Origin: Phoronis australis
Taxonomy: Eukaryota; Animalia; Phoronida
Length of the DNA: 64,000 nucleotides
Direction of reading: 5' to 3'
NCBI GenBank assembly: GCA_002633005.1
Contig: NMRA01000126.1
Coordinates: 775,839-839,838 of the forward strand
Shown here: positions 40,760 through 52,307 of the stretch, piece by piece
Layout: every line of letters starts with the position of its first letter
How positions within the stretch are numbered: position 1 is the first letter of the stretch
Program-made: the position numbers and the translations under genes
The notes under the pieces: model-generated
What the model saw: the letters and a program-made list of their open reading frames with translations, nothing else
Databases searched by the model: none
Told to the model about the DNA's origin: nothing

Positions 40760-40949
40760 CAGAGCGGATCCAGGATTTTGAGTTAAGGGGNACTAAAAAA
40801 AAAAAACGGCAAACAGTGTTTGTTCAGGGCCTATGCGTTGTTTATTCACCCCCAACGAGCCCCTGCTTGCGCGCACCCGAACTCCCAAATGGTATCTGGT
40901 AGAATTTTAGGGGGGGGGGGGGGGCATGGCCCCCTTAAATCCGCCACTG
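40760..40949. mobile_element. hAT-type MITE with 5-bp TSD (CATCT)
   Basis: Ends CAGAGCGGATCC / AATCCGCCACTG; CATCT at 40755-40759 and 40950-40954. Same family as 11983-12293. Confidence 0.8.
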
Positions 40950-42065
40950 CATCTATCTTATTTTGTTATTGTAGGATGAATTTGTCTTTATTGTAAATGT
41001 CCATAATTCCTTTTTGAAGCATCAACAAAATTTACACATATATAGTAGTTACAACTTAGCCAGAATTAAATCGAGTTCTCCAGTACTGTCCAAAACACAT
41101 GGCTCAAAAACAATAAAATGAAGCTGCTACCAATGTAATTGATATGGCCTGGGGCCAATGATTTAGGGGCATTATTAGGCAACCTGTCTGATGATGACTA
41201 AAGTTTCGGGCACATTTTGACTTTCAATATTTCACCTAATGCAAGGCCTGGTGCAACTTCCAAGTCATCCAGTCACAACTGATACTGGTAGAAAAGCAAG
41301 CAAGTAATCTACTCCTTGCCTAAATGGTGCTGGAAGAGAAAACAGACATAATATTACTATGTGTCTTTTAGCTCAGAGACATTCCACAGTACTCCCAAGA
41401 GGGCATTCTAGAAATGTTGAAAATAAAAAAGTAATACTAGCTGGTATAAGGCATTTATTTATTCTCTCTCAATATATCCTAGTAATCAAGCACCAGTTCT
41501 ATGAACATGAAAGTTTTGATAGTTTGAGTTCAGTAAAACCCGTACACGTCTAACGCTTGGAAATAAATTAAACTAAAAATGCGTGGGAAGTGACATGTGC
41601 GAGTTTCACTGTAATTCTCGGTCAGAAAATGGGAAAGACCAGCTACACACCAATAAGTATAGGGTGGTATAAGGAGAACAACTTACTTCAAAAGAGTGTA
41701 ACATCACTATCTTGTTGACTTTTCAAGGAATTGAAGTTTGCTACATCAAAGTCTCACCAATTTCGGAAAAATTAATTTGCCAAAGTTGATATTTTTCATT
41801 TTTCAAAGGCTTCTAACATTACAGGTACTAATAATCTTTCAGGGAAAAATAAAAGACAAATATCATTTGTTCTCAATACCGTCTACTAAATTGGTGAGAT
41901 TTCACAGTACAATTGATTGACCGTAATTGCCAATGGCCATATGACCTTGCAGCGACAAACATAATTAACGGGCCACGCCTAGTCTGATGAAGAAATAACC
42001 CCCCGCCACGTTTTTCTTAAGACTAGAAATAATTTCTAACCTGAGTAAAGAACAAGATTGAGGAG

Positions 42066-42141
42066 GCAGTGTGGCCTAGTGTGATGGTGCCCGCCTTCTT
42101 TACTCGAGGTCGTGGGTTCAAGTCCCACTGGACCACACTGC
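42066..42141 (+). mobile_element. tRNA-derived SINE head / tRNA-like sequence
   Basis: A-box TGGCCTAGTG and B-box GGTTCAAGTCC with T-arm GTGGG/CCCAC; ends GCAGTGTGG/CCACACTGC pair, but there is no clean anticodon arm. Confidence 0.55.
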
Positions 42142-42473
42142 TAGACCTTTGAGTCAGGTTTCTAGCTCCTCAGTTCGGTTTTAACTAAATGTTAATAAAA
42201 CACAAAAATAGTTCCAGGTGATCAGTGCAATGGGCCCACATGCACGGCCTGCCCACGTCTGGTACAACATGTACCAGACCGCCTGCAATTATTTTTTTTA
42301 AAGAGCAAGATGAAAAGGAGTTCATAACAAACAGTAAGTGGTCTAAAACAAATGTGGTTTTTTGACAGAAGGGGTGGGTCTATTGTCTTTTAGACTTAAG
42401 CTCTCTGGCATTATATAATCTCATCCCACTAACACATAAGTCATACACCCTGTAGTCATTTTTCCAGTTAACG

Positions 42474-45400
42474 CTATTTAACAGCATGTTTGTTTTTCAC
42501 TGGTTTTAGCTGATATATGGCAAACACTTTTACATTTACAAACTTGATGGCCTTAGAAATTCTTTGTTGAATTGACAACTGTCCATCATGTGCGTCAACT
42601 TGTGGATCACATGACCCCTCCCACTCCTCACATTGTTCTTCACGAATGGTAAGCGGAGGACCAATTGTTTGACTGACATAACTTGCTATTTCTTTCGCTT
42701 TTCTGTGAGCATTTTCTACAGCAACAAGACTTGCACGTCGTCTGAAAAACATAAATATGGGTGTATGTAGGCCCATGTGCTAGCAGTATTTTGCATATTA
42801 CTGCATGCACCTAGGTTGTACCTACTGGGAGCAGCCTATTCCTTGTATAGATAATCACATTTTGAACTGGATGTTTTTGTTTCTCCTTTGTCTACTTCAA
42901 TTGCTTTTCATTTAAATGATACGATTGCCTTTGACTGGCTCTAAATTGCATACACGTCAACATTATCATGACAAGAAACAGAAATTCATAAAATCAATGC
43001 CTGGTAGGCCTACCCGCCTAAAATTCAGCTCAATGACTAAGGGGTGGTGAGATAAAAATGAAGTTGTACAGGTAATCATATGCTACCAGGGCCCTCGCTC
43101 ATCAGAAATGAAAGGTGCCTGTGCCTTCTGAGATTGGATTTTTTGGGGGTGAGGGGAATATTCTACGCTTAATGGCATCCCCTACCCTGTTCAAGACCTC
43201 TAGGCTTTGCCTCAAGTAGCCAAGACTAACATTTTGTGCTCTTTCAAAATGTCACCCGTGCGAATTACAAGTGATTCGAACTTCGAGGGGAATTTGTCAC
43301 TATTTTTCAGAGGAGAATAGGACCGATATTCGGCCTCAAAATTGTGGGATTGAGGGCCCTGGGTACTTAACTTGTTTATCGCCACTACAAATAAATACAA
43401 TGATTCACCATTCTTCACCCCATGTAAAACGAAGCAATTTGATAACTTAACACACTTAACACAATAGAGCATCACTAATGCTGTGTTTAGTTGCATCGTA
43501 TACCAGGTAACGGCAGTCAGTAATAAACACATGGACACTGTGTTTAGTACCAATTAAGCATTTGGTGCCTGTCTCTCAAAGTGACAATTGGATTTTGTCT
43601 TGAGACAAAAGAAAAAATCTGACTACAAAGAGCCAAAAGTTCATTTTTTTGTCTTGAGTGTTTCTCAGAACGTTTCGTCTTCTGTCTAGTAGAGCAGATT
43701 TCTGTCTTTTGTCAGATTTTCTGACTTTCAGCTTTAGTCCAATTTTCGTGAAACAGGTGAAGCCATCGCAGACTGGTTTAGTCAAAGTCAAAAGACTCTT
43801 TGAAAAACAGGTCCCCAGAACCACATAGTTTTGGGCACTTGAAATGGTCTTTAAAGATCACAGTTAAGATTTGAGTTACTTATGCAACAAGAAAAAATCT
43901 TTGAAACTGCTGAGCAGTTACAGTAATTTCATGAAATTTAAGACAAGATTTGATCTCATTTCTATGCTAACAAAATCATCTTATTCTATACCTCAGTGTC
44001 TCAAGATTCTGAGTACTATGGTAAACAACAGGGGGTAGCACTGTCACAGAGCTGTCTAACTTCTCCACCAAGAAATTACAGACGGTCTGAAGCTTATGGA
44101 CATCTACAAATGTAATAGTTATCTCCCCTGCCATTTGAAATGTAGATCCGTCTCGTGACAGTGTTCTCACAACTTGAATATCACCTTCCTGTAAAAGAAG
44201 CAATCATTACGAAGGTGCAAGAATCATGTTAACAGACCATGGCTAATATTTTTACTGAAAATTGAAAACATTTTTGAGATTCCCATTCTGGTTTAATACA
44301 AACTGAGGCCAACTGTCCATTATTCTGTGCTCTGTTACAGTATTAGTATGTCTCACACAGATGAGAGTCAAGTACTTAACAACCCCAAAATTCCAGCTAC
44401 AAACTCAAGTAGAAACATGAATTGCCAATGTTTGTGTGTCAATGAAATTGAAAGCCAATGACCTGCTCAAAGTCTGCCGTTATAACATCATAAATTCATG
44501 ATAGAATGAATGTTCATAGATGGCGCTCTACATAGTATAGGGAATAGAGTAGTTACCTATCAGTGACATGTTTGTGTTTGCAAACCCACAGTCAAAATAC
44601 TATCTACAGAAAATAAATTGTGGAATCCTAAAATGAGAGAAGTAGTCAAAATCATGAGCAATAAAGAAAAGTTGAACAGACATTGGCTATGAATTACCAG
44701 CTGTTTACCAGCACCTCCTTGCAAGTAACAGCCACCAGGTGGTGTTTGACAACCGCCAAGGATCACCCACTGGTGGCCATGTGACGCTAAGATTCCCGCC
44801 AGTACCCCGACGAAGACCCCAGGAAGGGCCCGAAAGTTAGGTCCACAAACACAAACAATAGGTAACTACTCTATTCCCTATATCATAAATTCAAATAACA
44901 AAATAACAGCAAAGCAATTTTTAGAATTTTCAATCAAAAACGAAAATTTTAAATTTCATCATCGACAAGTTTTATATTAGCAGGGCTTGACATCAGCAAG
45001 TAAACGCTCAAAACATGTGGAAAAAGTGAAATACAAGTTGCAAATTGACATCGCTCATATAGGCATCAAGTGGGTGTTCGCCACTTTCTATGAGCCCAAA
45101 TCCAGAAATACGAATGGCAAATGTGACGTCACTCATTTTTTCAAGCTCACATTTTCGCCTGTGTCAAGCACTGATTAGTCATTTCTTACTGACAAAGTGG
45201 TCAGTTAATTTGTTCTGACTTGCGCTTTGTTTTGCAGGTAATGGGACTTGCAAACAACGCATCAAATTTTCAAATTTCCATACAAATATGCATGTTTTGT
45301 CTACGGCACACAAGTCTAAATCTGCGCCATTTCATAAAGATCCATCAAGGAACCGGGCAGATATTGAAGTAGATTCAAAGAAAACTAATAAAGATTCATA

Positions 45401-48400
45401 ATTGACATCAGCCATGTACTATTCAACAGAGACTCACATATCAAAATTCTTGATTATCCATGGCGTTTTGCAGACTGAGGCAGATGCCAAAAACAAACAC
45501 CTAACCAGTAAAACCACCACAAGGGAGTGCACCACAACATGGAACTGACCAGAAATTAGGACGGACAGTCCCCTCATTAGGAGGAACACTGGTATACTGA
45601 GGCACACACAGAAAGTAATACACTGCCACTAAGGGGCACAACAACAGAAAGTGAACATCACCTATGCTCTCGTCAGTAATAGGAAAAGCACGTCAGGGCG
45701 TCAAGTCAAATTTCTCTTCAGAAAATAGGAAAATAGGAATAATTACACATAATGTGTTGAATACATGAAAAATTTTCAAGTGTTTCAGCAGAGAGATATC
45801 TGGACAATACATATAATAAAATTCTGAAAGTTCCACTGGAGGATGCAGCATTGGTTGACCCATTCAAAAATGGGCAAGCGCCATCCTTTACATAATAGAA
45901 ACATATCTGCAAGTTAATGCGAAAATCCATTAATGACCTTCATACATAAACAGACGTAATAAGCTAATTGTCACTAGGGGGCACAACAGAGGGTGAATAC
46001 ATCCAAAATTGTCACATGGTGTGCTATTTACAATAGAAACAAGTCTGCAAAACTTTACAAAGATTCATTGAGGTTGAGGACTTTACACTGTTGATTGGGA
46101 AATACTGGAAGCCATGATTTTTGGGGGAAATACATCCATGTTCTGTGACACCAGGGACACCTGAAATGGAATCCCCGTTCCCAATCTGACAAGTGTTGAG
46201 AAATTGCGTGCAGTTAAACTTTGGGTTTTATTCAATTAAATGGCAAGTTAGTGGATAGCAATGGTTTATTTAGTTTGAAATTCGACCTGGTAAATAATTC
46301 ACCCACTCCCACCACACTACATTTTACAACTATCGATGTGCATTGTTTGCTGTCCTCTGAACAAGAAAAAGCATGCATGTGCTAAAATGCAAGGAAAATA
46401 AGTCTTGTTATGTAAAAAAGAGGGATACCTCCCAGCCCCCCTTCAACGCTATGTGCCTCAGAGACACGCTCTGAGCAACTCCTCAATTTTGCAAATTAGG
46501 ACCCCACTTTTCAAATCCTAGACGACATAAAAAAGAAACAAATAACAAAATGTTCTGTAACAACTGCCGATTTGCACAGAGCAGGGAATGGACTCATTTT
46601 TGCATGTATAAGACAATTTTGCTCCAGTGAAATATGCAAAACACAATTGTCGTCAGTGGTAATGATAAATTCCATAATTTTACAATTTTTGAAAAAAGGA
46701 ACCATGACTTGAGGCAGCATAAAATAGTTGTTACACCAACAAAACACAGCCCACTTGGCTCAGCACATTACAATGCAGAATTTACAGAATTCTCAAAATG
46801 TCACAGAATTTCAGTCAAGCACATTTTGTCACAGAGAATATATTCTCTGACGGTAAAACATGACTGAACGTGAAGGATTATGTGGATTGACACTATGTAC
46901 AGACTTTTTTGTTAAGCAATGGGCAGTAAGAGCACAGCATTATGCAATGGCAGTGCCAGTACCTGAACTTGATGGTTGTGTAATGTCTGCAGTACGTAAT
47001 CAACTCTGCGCGACACACTGTTCTTCACATCCTGTACATGCTCTTTTTTGTTGACCACGAGCACAGTGACTTTAAAACGATCAGGAGATGCGCTGACCTC
47101 GCCAAAAGCACACACTCTGACATCTCGCTCTGAAATGAAACAAGAGAAGAAATCAGTGACAGCATACAGAATATCTCACACAAGTACTAGAACAACAATT
47201 CTGATGCCTCCATCATGACACTGACTTAAGCCTTAAGTCAGAGAGTTTGTCTTGTGCTCCACATTTCTGAAAAATAATTTTGCCTCAACTACAGAGTATC
47301 TGAAATTACCCCAATGCTAGTACAGTAGTCGGACGATTTTTAGGAATTATTTCTTAACTGTGATGTGCTAACAGTTACAATTTTATTCAGCAATTGCAAA
47401 GTGGGAGCTTCAGTCAAATTGTCCGACTTCGAGTCTATCACGAGGAGTGAGATGTACAGCCCTGGATACCAAGTTTCCAGCAGTAGCGAACACTAACAGA
47501 TCAGTAGTGTAGTGCGTTAACTTAGTGACTGCCTGACCTTGATGTGTGTCAGAATAAATATTGATTAAGTAATTAGTAAGAATAGATCCATTTTAAGTTG
47601 CCCAAAATTTGTGCATATGTACTTTTAAATCATGGGGTCAGACTTGCTGACATGTACTTTAACGTCAAAATCTATTTTTAAATGGTGTTTACAACTTTGT
47701 GTTCTAGGGTAAAGTACTCCAGAGATTCTAGAAAATTCTGAGAACAAACTGTTACAGCCAATGATATGATTGGATATGATCATGTGGTTTTTGTTAACCA
47801 ATCACTATTATTATAATATGAGCTTAAGTCAACAAGATATTTAGATGCGCTACAGTAGTTGAAGCATAAAGACTTGCTACAGAGTACAGAGGAAATTGTA
47901 CGACAGAGCCATCTCTTAGAAGATTCTAGAAAGGATCTTGGCAAGAGCAAGGGTTAATGAACAGGAAGTTAACTAAGAGGTTGTCACTTGCATCGTGGGT
48001 AGTAAGATACTACCTGAAGTGTTGCATCATCAGCCAGAGACTGTGACCAGCAAGAAGAATCGTGGGTAGAAGAAATTGCCTGCAAGTGTAGCATCACCAG
48101 AGACGGTGACCAGCAAGTACACTGTCGTTATACAGTGTGTGTAGTTTGAAGATTTACCAACAGGACAGACATCCAACAAGTGGAGAGTCCTAGCTTGGAT
48201 AGCAGATAAGACATTTGATTATTTTGGTTGATTGATTAAAGTAGTCTTTAAAGAGGGCGCTAGCGTAGTTACTCTTCTTTGTAGTTGATTACTTAATTAA
48301 CAATAGCTTTCATTTGTCTAATTAGGGGTTATCATATAATAAATTAATTACTGGATTTGATTATTCACTCTCCATCTACGCACAATCTCAAGGCATAGCT

Positions 48401-51400
48401 ACCTTTTAAACAAACCCACCGTCAATCGTCTGACAATGTGACTATAATATAGACATGCGTAATAATGCAATCAAAATTGAAATGAATCAATTCAAAATTT
48501 TGTAATGAAAAGAAGGACTTTTCAAAAAAAATTTTGATTGTAATATTATTTGTTAAAGAAGGAAGGATTTAAAGGCCCTAACTTCCACCAAGTAGACTCA
48601 AAATGTAACAAGACTTTTATAGTTTAGACAGGCTTAAGCACAATTTGCACAAAATCTTTCACACTCAGCAGTAGACTGGATTAGCATGTGATCGCCTAGC
48701 TGGCTAGCACTCCATCTGGTCGTAAGCAGGTTAAATGAAGGTTAACGAGCAGGCACTGTGAAATTTCAAGATGTACATAAATTCACAGGCATCGCTCAAT
48801 AGACTCTGAAAGTTTATGCATAGGATGGCTCCACAACTTCAGCAGTAAAATAATGACAATGAATTAGCACTGGTAACTAATTTAGTTCATGTACTCAAAG
48901 ATGGTAGTTTTTCATGACATTAACGTTGCCAGTTTTTTACCCACAGCGATCCAAAGCAACATCTTTAATATAGCTTTGCACCAATGCAGGTAAAAACGGC
49001 TACATAAACTCAGACAAAACATAAGTGTCATTAAAATCTACACTTTTCCGTGGGTAATCTAAATTATAAACCGGTGTTAGAAAATTTGGCGTTCTACTAT
49101 CATTCTGCTTCTAAAGTTTTGGAGCGATCTTATGCGTCAGTTTTCCCTCCCATGAAACATAGTGCCACCTAATGGTGAGTTTCTTTTTTGTTGATTCTTC
49201 AACTATTCTTTTTCCAAAATGTTGCGTACATGTTACATCAAATTATTGGAAATGCTTTAACTTTGTTACAAATTTCTAGTATTTTAATATCAGGAAGCCG
49301 AATTTCAGAGCAAATTTTGCTGCTGTGAAGTTGTCCCCATCTCCTGAGAGATGTCACAAAAAATTTAAAAAATGGTGCCCGTCACAAGCACACCATTTTC
49401 AAAACGATGATACACTTTTCTATATTACAAAAGGATGAGAATTGTGTTTACAAAATGATGCTAGTCATATTCTTTAAAACTTAAAGGGTTGCAACAGGCA
49501 AATGATGACTGTTGGTTGACTCCCAGATTTCTCATGCATCCCCGCAGGTTGATAGTTTAACAAGGAGGTGACGAGCAGAATTACCCAAGTGGTGTGAAAT
49601 TTCAAGGTCTACTGGAGCATAACACACAGTCGTTCAGTGGTTCCTATTAGTAGGTGTATTTAAACGTTAGCCTTCATACATCTAGCTGGCAACCTAGACC
49701 CTGGTTAGACAATACACACCCGTTCAACTGGCTCCAGTAGAGACCCTGGCCATCCTGTGGGCCCTCCATACACCAGAAGCTTTTTGACACATTGTGCCTC
49801 ACACTGATTAAACCATCAAAGTAATGTTGCTATAACTACCTTTTGCACACAGAAGAACACCTTAGGAGGCTATTGATGTCTTTAATTCGTACTTTCAACT
49901 CAAACAAATACTCCTATCACATACCCTGCGCGAACAGTTAAAGATGGCCAGTTTTTGGCCACTTGACGATTTGGACTGTTCGAAAAAAGTTTGATTGCAA
50001 GAGTATTTGTTTGAGCTTGGAATGGCCAAAGACACCAATACCTCCTAAAGTGTCTTATTATACACTTATAGTGGAATAGTGGAGTAATTGCCAAGATTAC
50101 CCGACCTGAGTACCAAACCAATGACCCCGATAAAACTGGCACGCGCATCAACCATTCACCTAATTAAGGCAATTAATTTTCACGCAGCAAGAGGCTAACA
50201 GAGGCTCATATGATTCACCGGAATAACATATCTACAACATTCTTCCCTTTCCTATGGAACAGGCACGTCTCCTGGCTAAAAATCTTGGCAAAACCTTAAC
50301 GACCTGGAAATTTGTCATCAGCAACGCTCTCCACATCAATTGCACCTTGTCCGATGTCTGCAGCCCCCTGAGTTTGCAGTGCTTCCTCAGAAGGAACTTT
50401 AAAATCAATGCATACATGTTTCAGTTTATTATCACTGAACCATTCTCAAGACAAATGTTTTTCATAATACTCCAGTCAGGTAACACAAGAGAACAGTCTG
50501 CACTGTAAGTACTGTATATCAAAATGCATAATGCGGATCTTGGACAAGGACAATACCACCTTCAAACTCCTCATAGGAGGCTTTGTATGGTTGAATCACA
50601 CTGAGTACTATTTCAATAGAAACATTGGTTCATTTGAGCTCCAACTGTTTTGACTTCTGGTCACTCCTCACAATGTATTTTGACATGTACCTGTGCAGAC
50701 TGTTTTCCCGTGGTACGCGACTGGGGTATATATTGTAAAGAACATTTGTATTGAGAATGGTTTAGTGAAAATAAACTGAAACATAGACCAATACAATGCC
50801 TTTGTTTATGAGTGCACTGATTTTAAAGTTCATACTCATGCTTTGGCCCAAAACAAATACTTCCTCACTATATCACGCCTTTGTCAACTACGCCAATTGC
50901 AGTAATAGCACATAACGCTAAATCGCCGTAAGAGACCATCCAGAGTTGATATATGGTGCAACTCCGGGTGGTCTGAGCTCAACAGAATAGCACGATTCTA
51001 CTGTGAGTCTACACAAATTATATGTGATAAACGAGAGTAGTTGTACTTGCCGCGTCAGCTACACATGTCATTATCTCTTTTATGACACACAAGGTGTGAC
51101 TGGACAAAGCCTTTTCAAATTAGTGTAGATAAGCGAGTAGAGCGTGACCGTGAGACCCCTGAGGTACCTGTCAAGTCCTCATGACAATTCCACGTTATGA
51201 GAGATACTTCGACCTAGGTCCTAGGCTAGGATTATACCAACGGCCCCGATAAAACCGGCAAGCGACCCAGCTAACCATTCCGCTGTTAAAATTTAGCGAG
51301 TGACTGTGACTAACAGAGGCTCATATGAGTCCCAAGAAGCATGTCTACACTGTACAAATACAACACTAGCAACATGACTTTGATGATTTAATCAAAGTGA

Positions 51401-51804
51401 CTGTGAGGCATAATTCACCAAAAAGCTTCCAGCGTATGAAGCCTGCACTATGAAGGGCCTGGTATGTAAATGGCCACCGTCTCTTCTATGGCCAATTAAG
51501 ACGGTAATCACAACTGACTGTTAGTGTATAACCATAACATTGCCATAACCATACTGGCTAGTATAGACCTTGGTTTACGCCGGTTAGCTGCATTTTATTT
51601 TAATCATCATGATCATGACACTTTTCGGGCTGCTTTTTATTAGTATTGTTAAACAAACAGCTGCGCACCACCTATATTTCGTCAAGTACCTGAAGCTACA
51701 GTTCGGATTGGCACTTCATCCTTTTCAACTTTATTCTGGTCGCGAACACCTATACCCGACAGACGGGCAAACACTTGCGAACGATGCGGCTGAAGATCTG
51801 TCAT
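42474..51804 (-). CDS. IRAK1BP1: Interleukin-1 receptor-associated kinase 1-binding protein 1 (SIMPL domain), 248 aa
   Basis: Exons 51804-51690, 47129-46963, 44188-43992, 42741-42474 with consistent phases. Spliced motifs GEVSASPDR, VKNSVSRRVDYVLQTL, CNFLVEKLDSSV and RRRASLVAVENAHRKAKEI match the IRAK1BP1 family. Confidence 0.92.
44536..44883. mobile_element. ~350-bp element bounded by perfect 25-bp inverted repeats
   Basis: TATAGGGAATAGAGTAGTTACCTAT / ATAGGTAACTACTCTATTCCCTATA; interior contains a decayed hammerhead-like motif at 44805-44841. Confidence 0.6.
47547..48435. mobile_element. Solo LTR (889 bp) with 5-bp TSD
   Basis: TGTCAGA...TCTGACA termini; ATGTG duplicated at 47542-47546 and 48436-48440; no coding capacity. 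Confidence 0.8.
50394..50831. repeat. Imperfect inverted repeat
   Basis: GAACTTTAAAATCA..ATGTTTCAGTTTATTATCACTGAACCATTCTCAA mirrors TTGAGAATGGTTTAGTGAAAATAAACTGAAACAT..TGATTTTAAAGTTC. Confidence 0.6.
50951..51195 (+). repeat. Dispersed ~240-bp repeat, copy 1
   Basis: Colinear similarity with 62966-63193 (ATATGGTGCAACTC...TTTTATGACACACAA...GTGAGACCCCTGAGGT.CCTGTCAAGTCCTCA). Confidence 0.75.
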
Positions 51805-52307
51805 CGCTAGACACGTATCTCGAACAAGTAGGCTACATAGCGTATCTGGCGCGTTTGGACATACGCATGCGCAAGGCCCACACACACTTTGGCAATTGTT
51901 CACACCAATGTGCTTTTAAAAAATAAACATTTTTATTAATTTGGGTTGAAATTTACGATGCTCAACGTGCCGTTTGAATACTTACTGTCAAACGTTTTTC
52001 AAAGAGTAATACTTTTAGTTATTTTAACATAACACAAGCGGTATCAGAAAACTGTTCCATGAATTTTAGGGGCGTATGGAATTGAAGGTTATTTATTTTT
52101 TGAACGACAGAAATTTTGTACTGAACAACTAACCGAAAACGGATATTTTCTAAATGCTGTGTATTTGACAAAGTAATTCTACAAAAGTGTTATGGGTTTA
52201 TGTTTCAATATTTGGACATTCGTGTACGTCGTTCTTAGCCTACCTCCCGAATTATTTCGGATCAAACCGGCACGTCGTCGCCCGTGCGCTGCACAGACAA
52301 GAAGATA
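51805..52307. promoter_or_regulatory. Putative bidirectional promoter IRAK1BP1 / JAGN1
   Basis: Divergent ATGs only 503 bp apart; CpG-richer flanks; NRF1/ewg-like motif TACGCATGCGCA at 51862-51873. Confidence 0.65.

Noticed and set aside
42066-42141. Functional tRNA gene
   Set aside because: D and anticodon arms do not form a canonical cloverleaf; treated as SINE-like.
50232-50417. SAP-domain-like peptide LRKHCKLRGLQTS
   Set aside because: Short, no supporting exon structure, overlaps an inverted repeat; could be chance.
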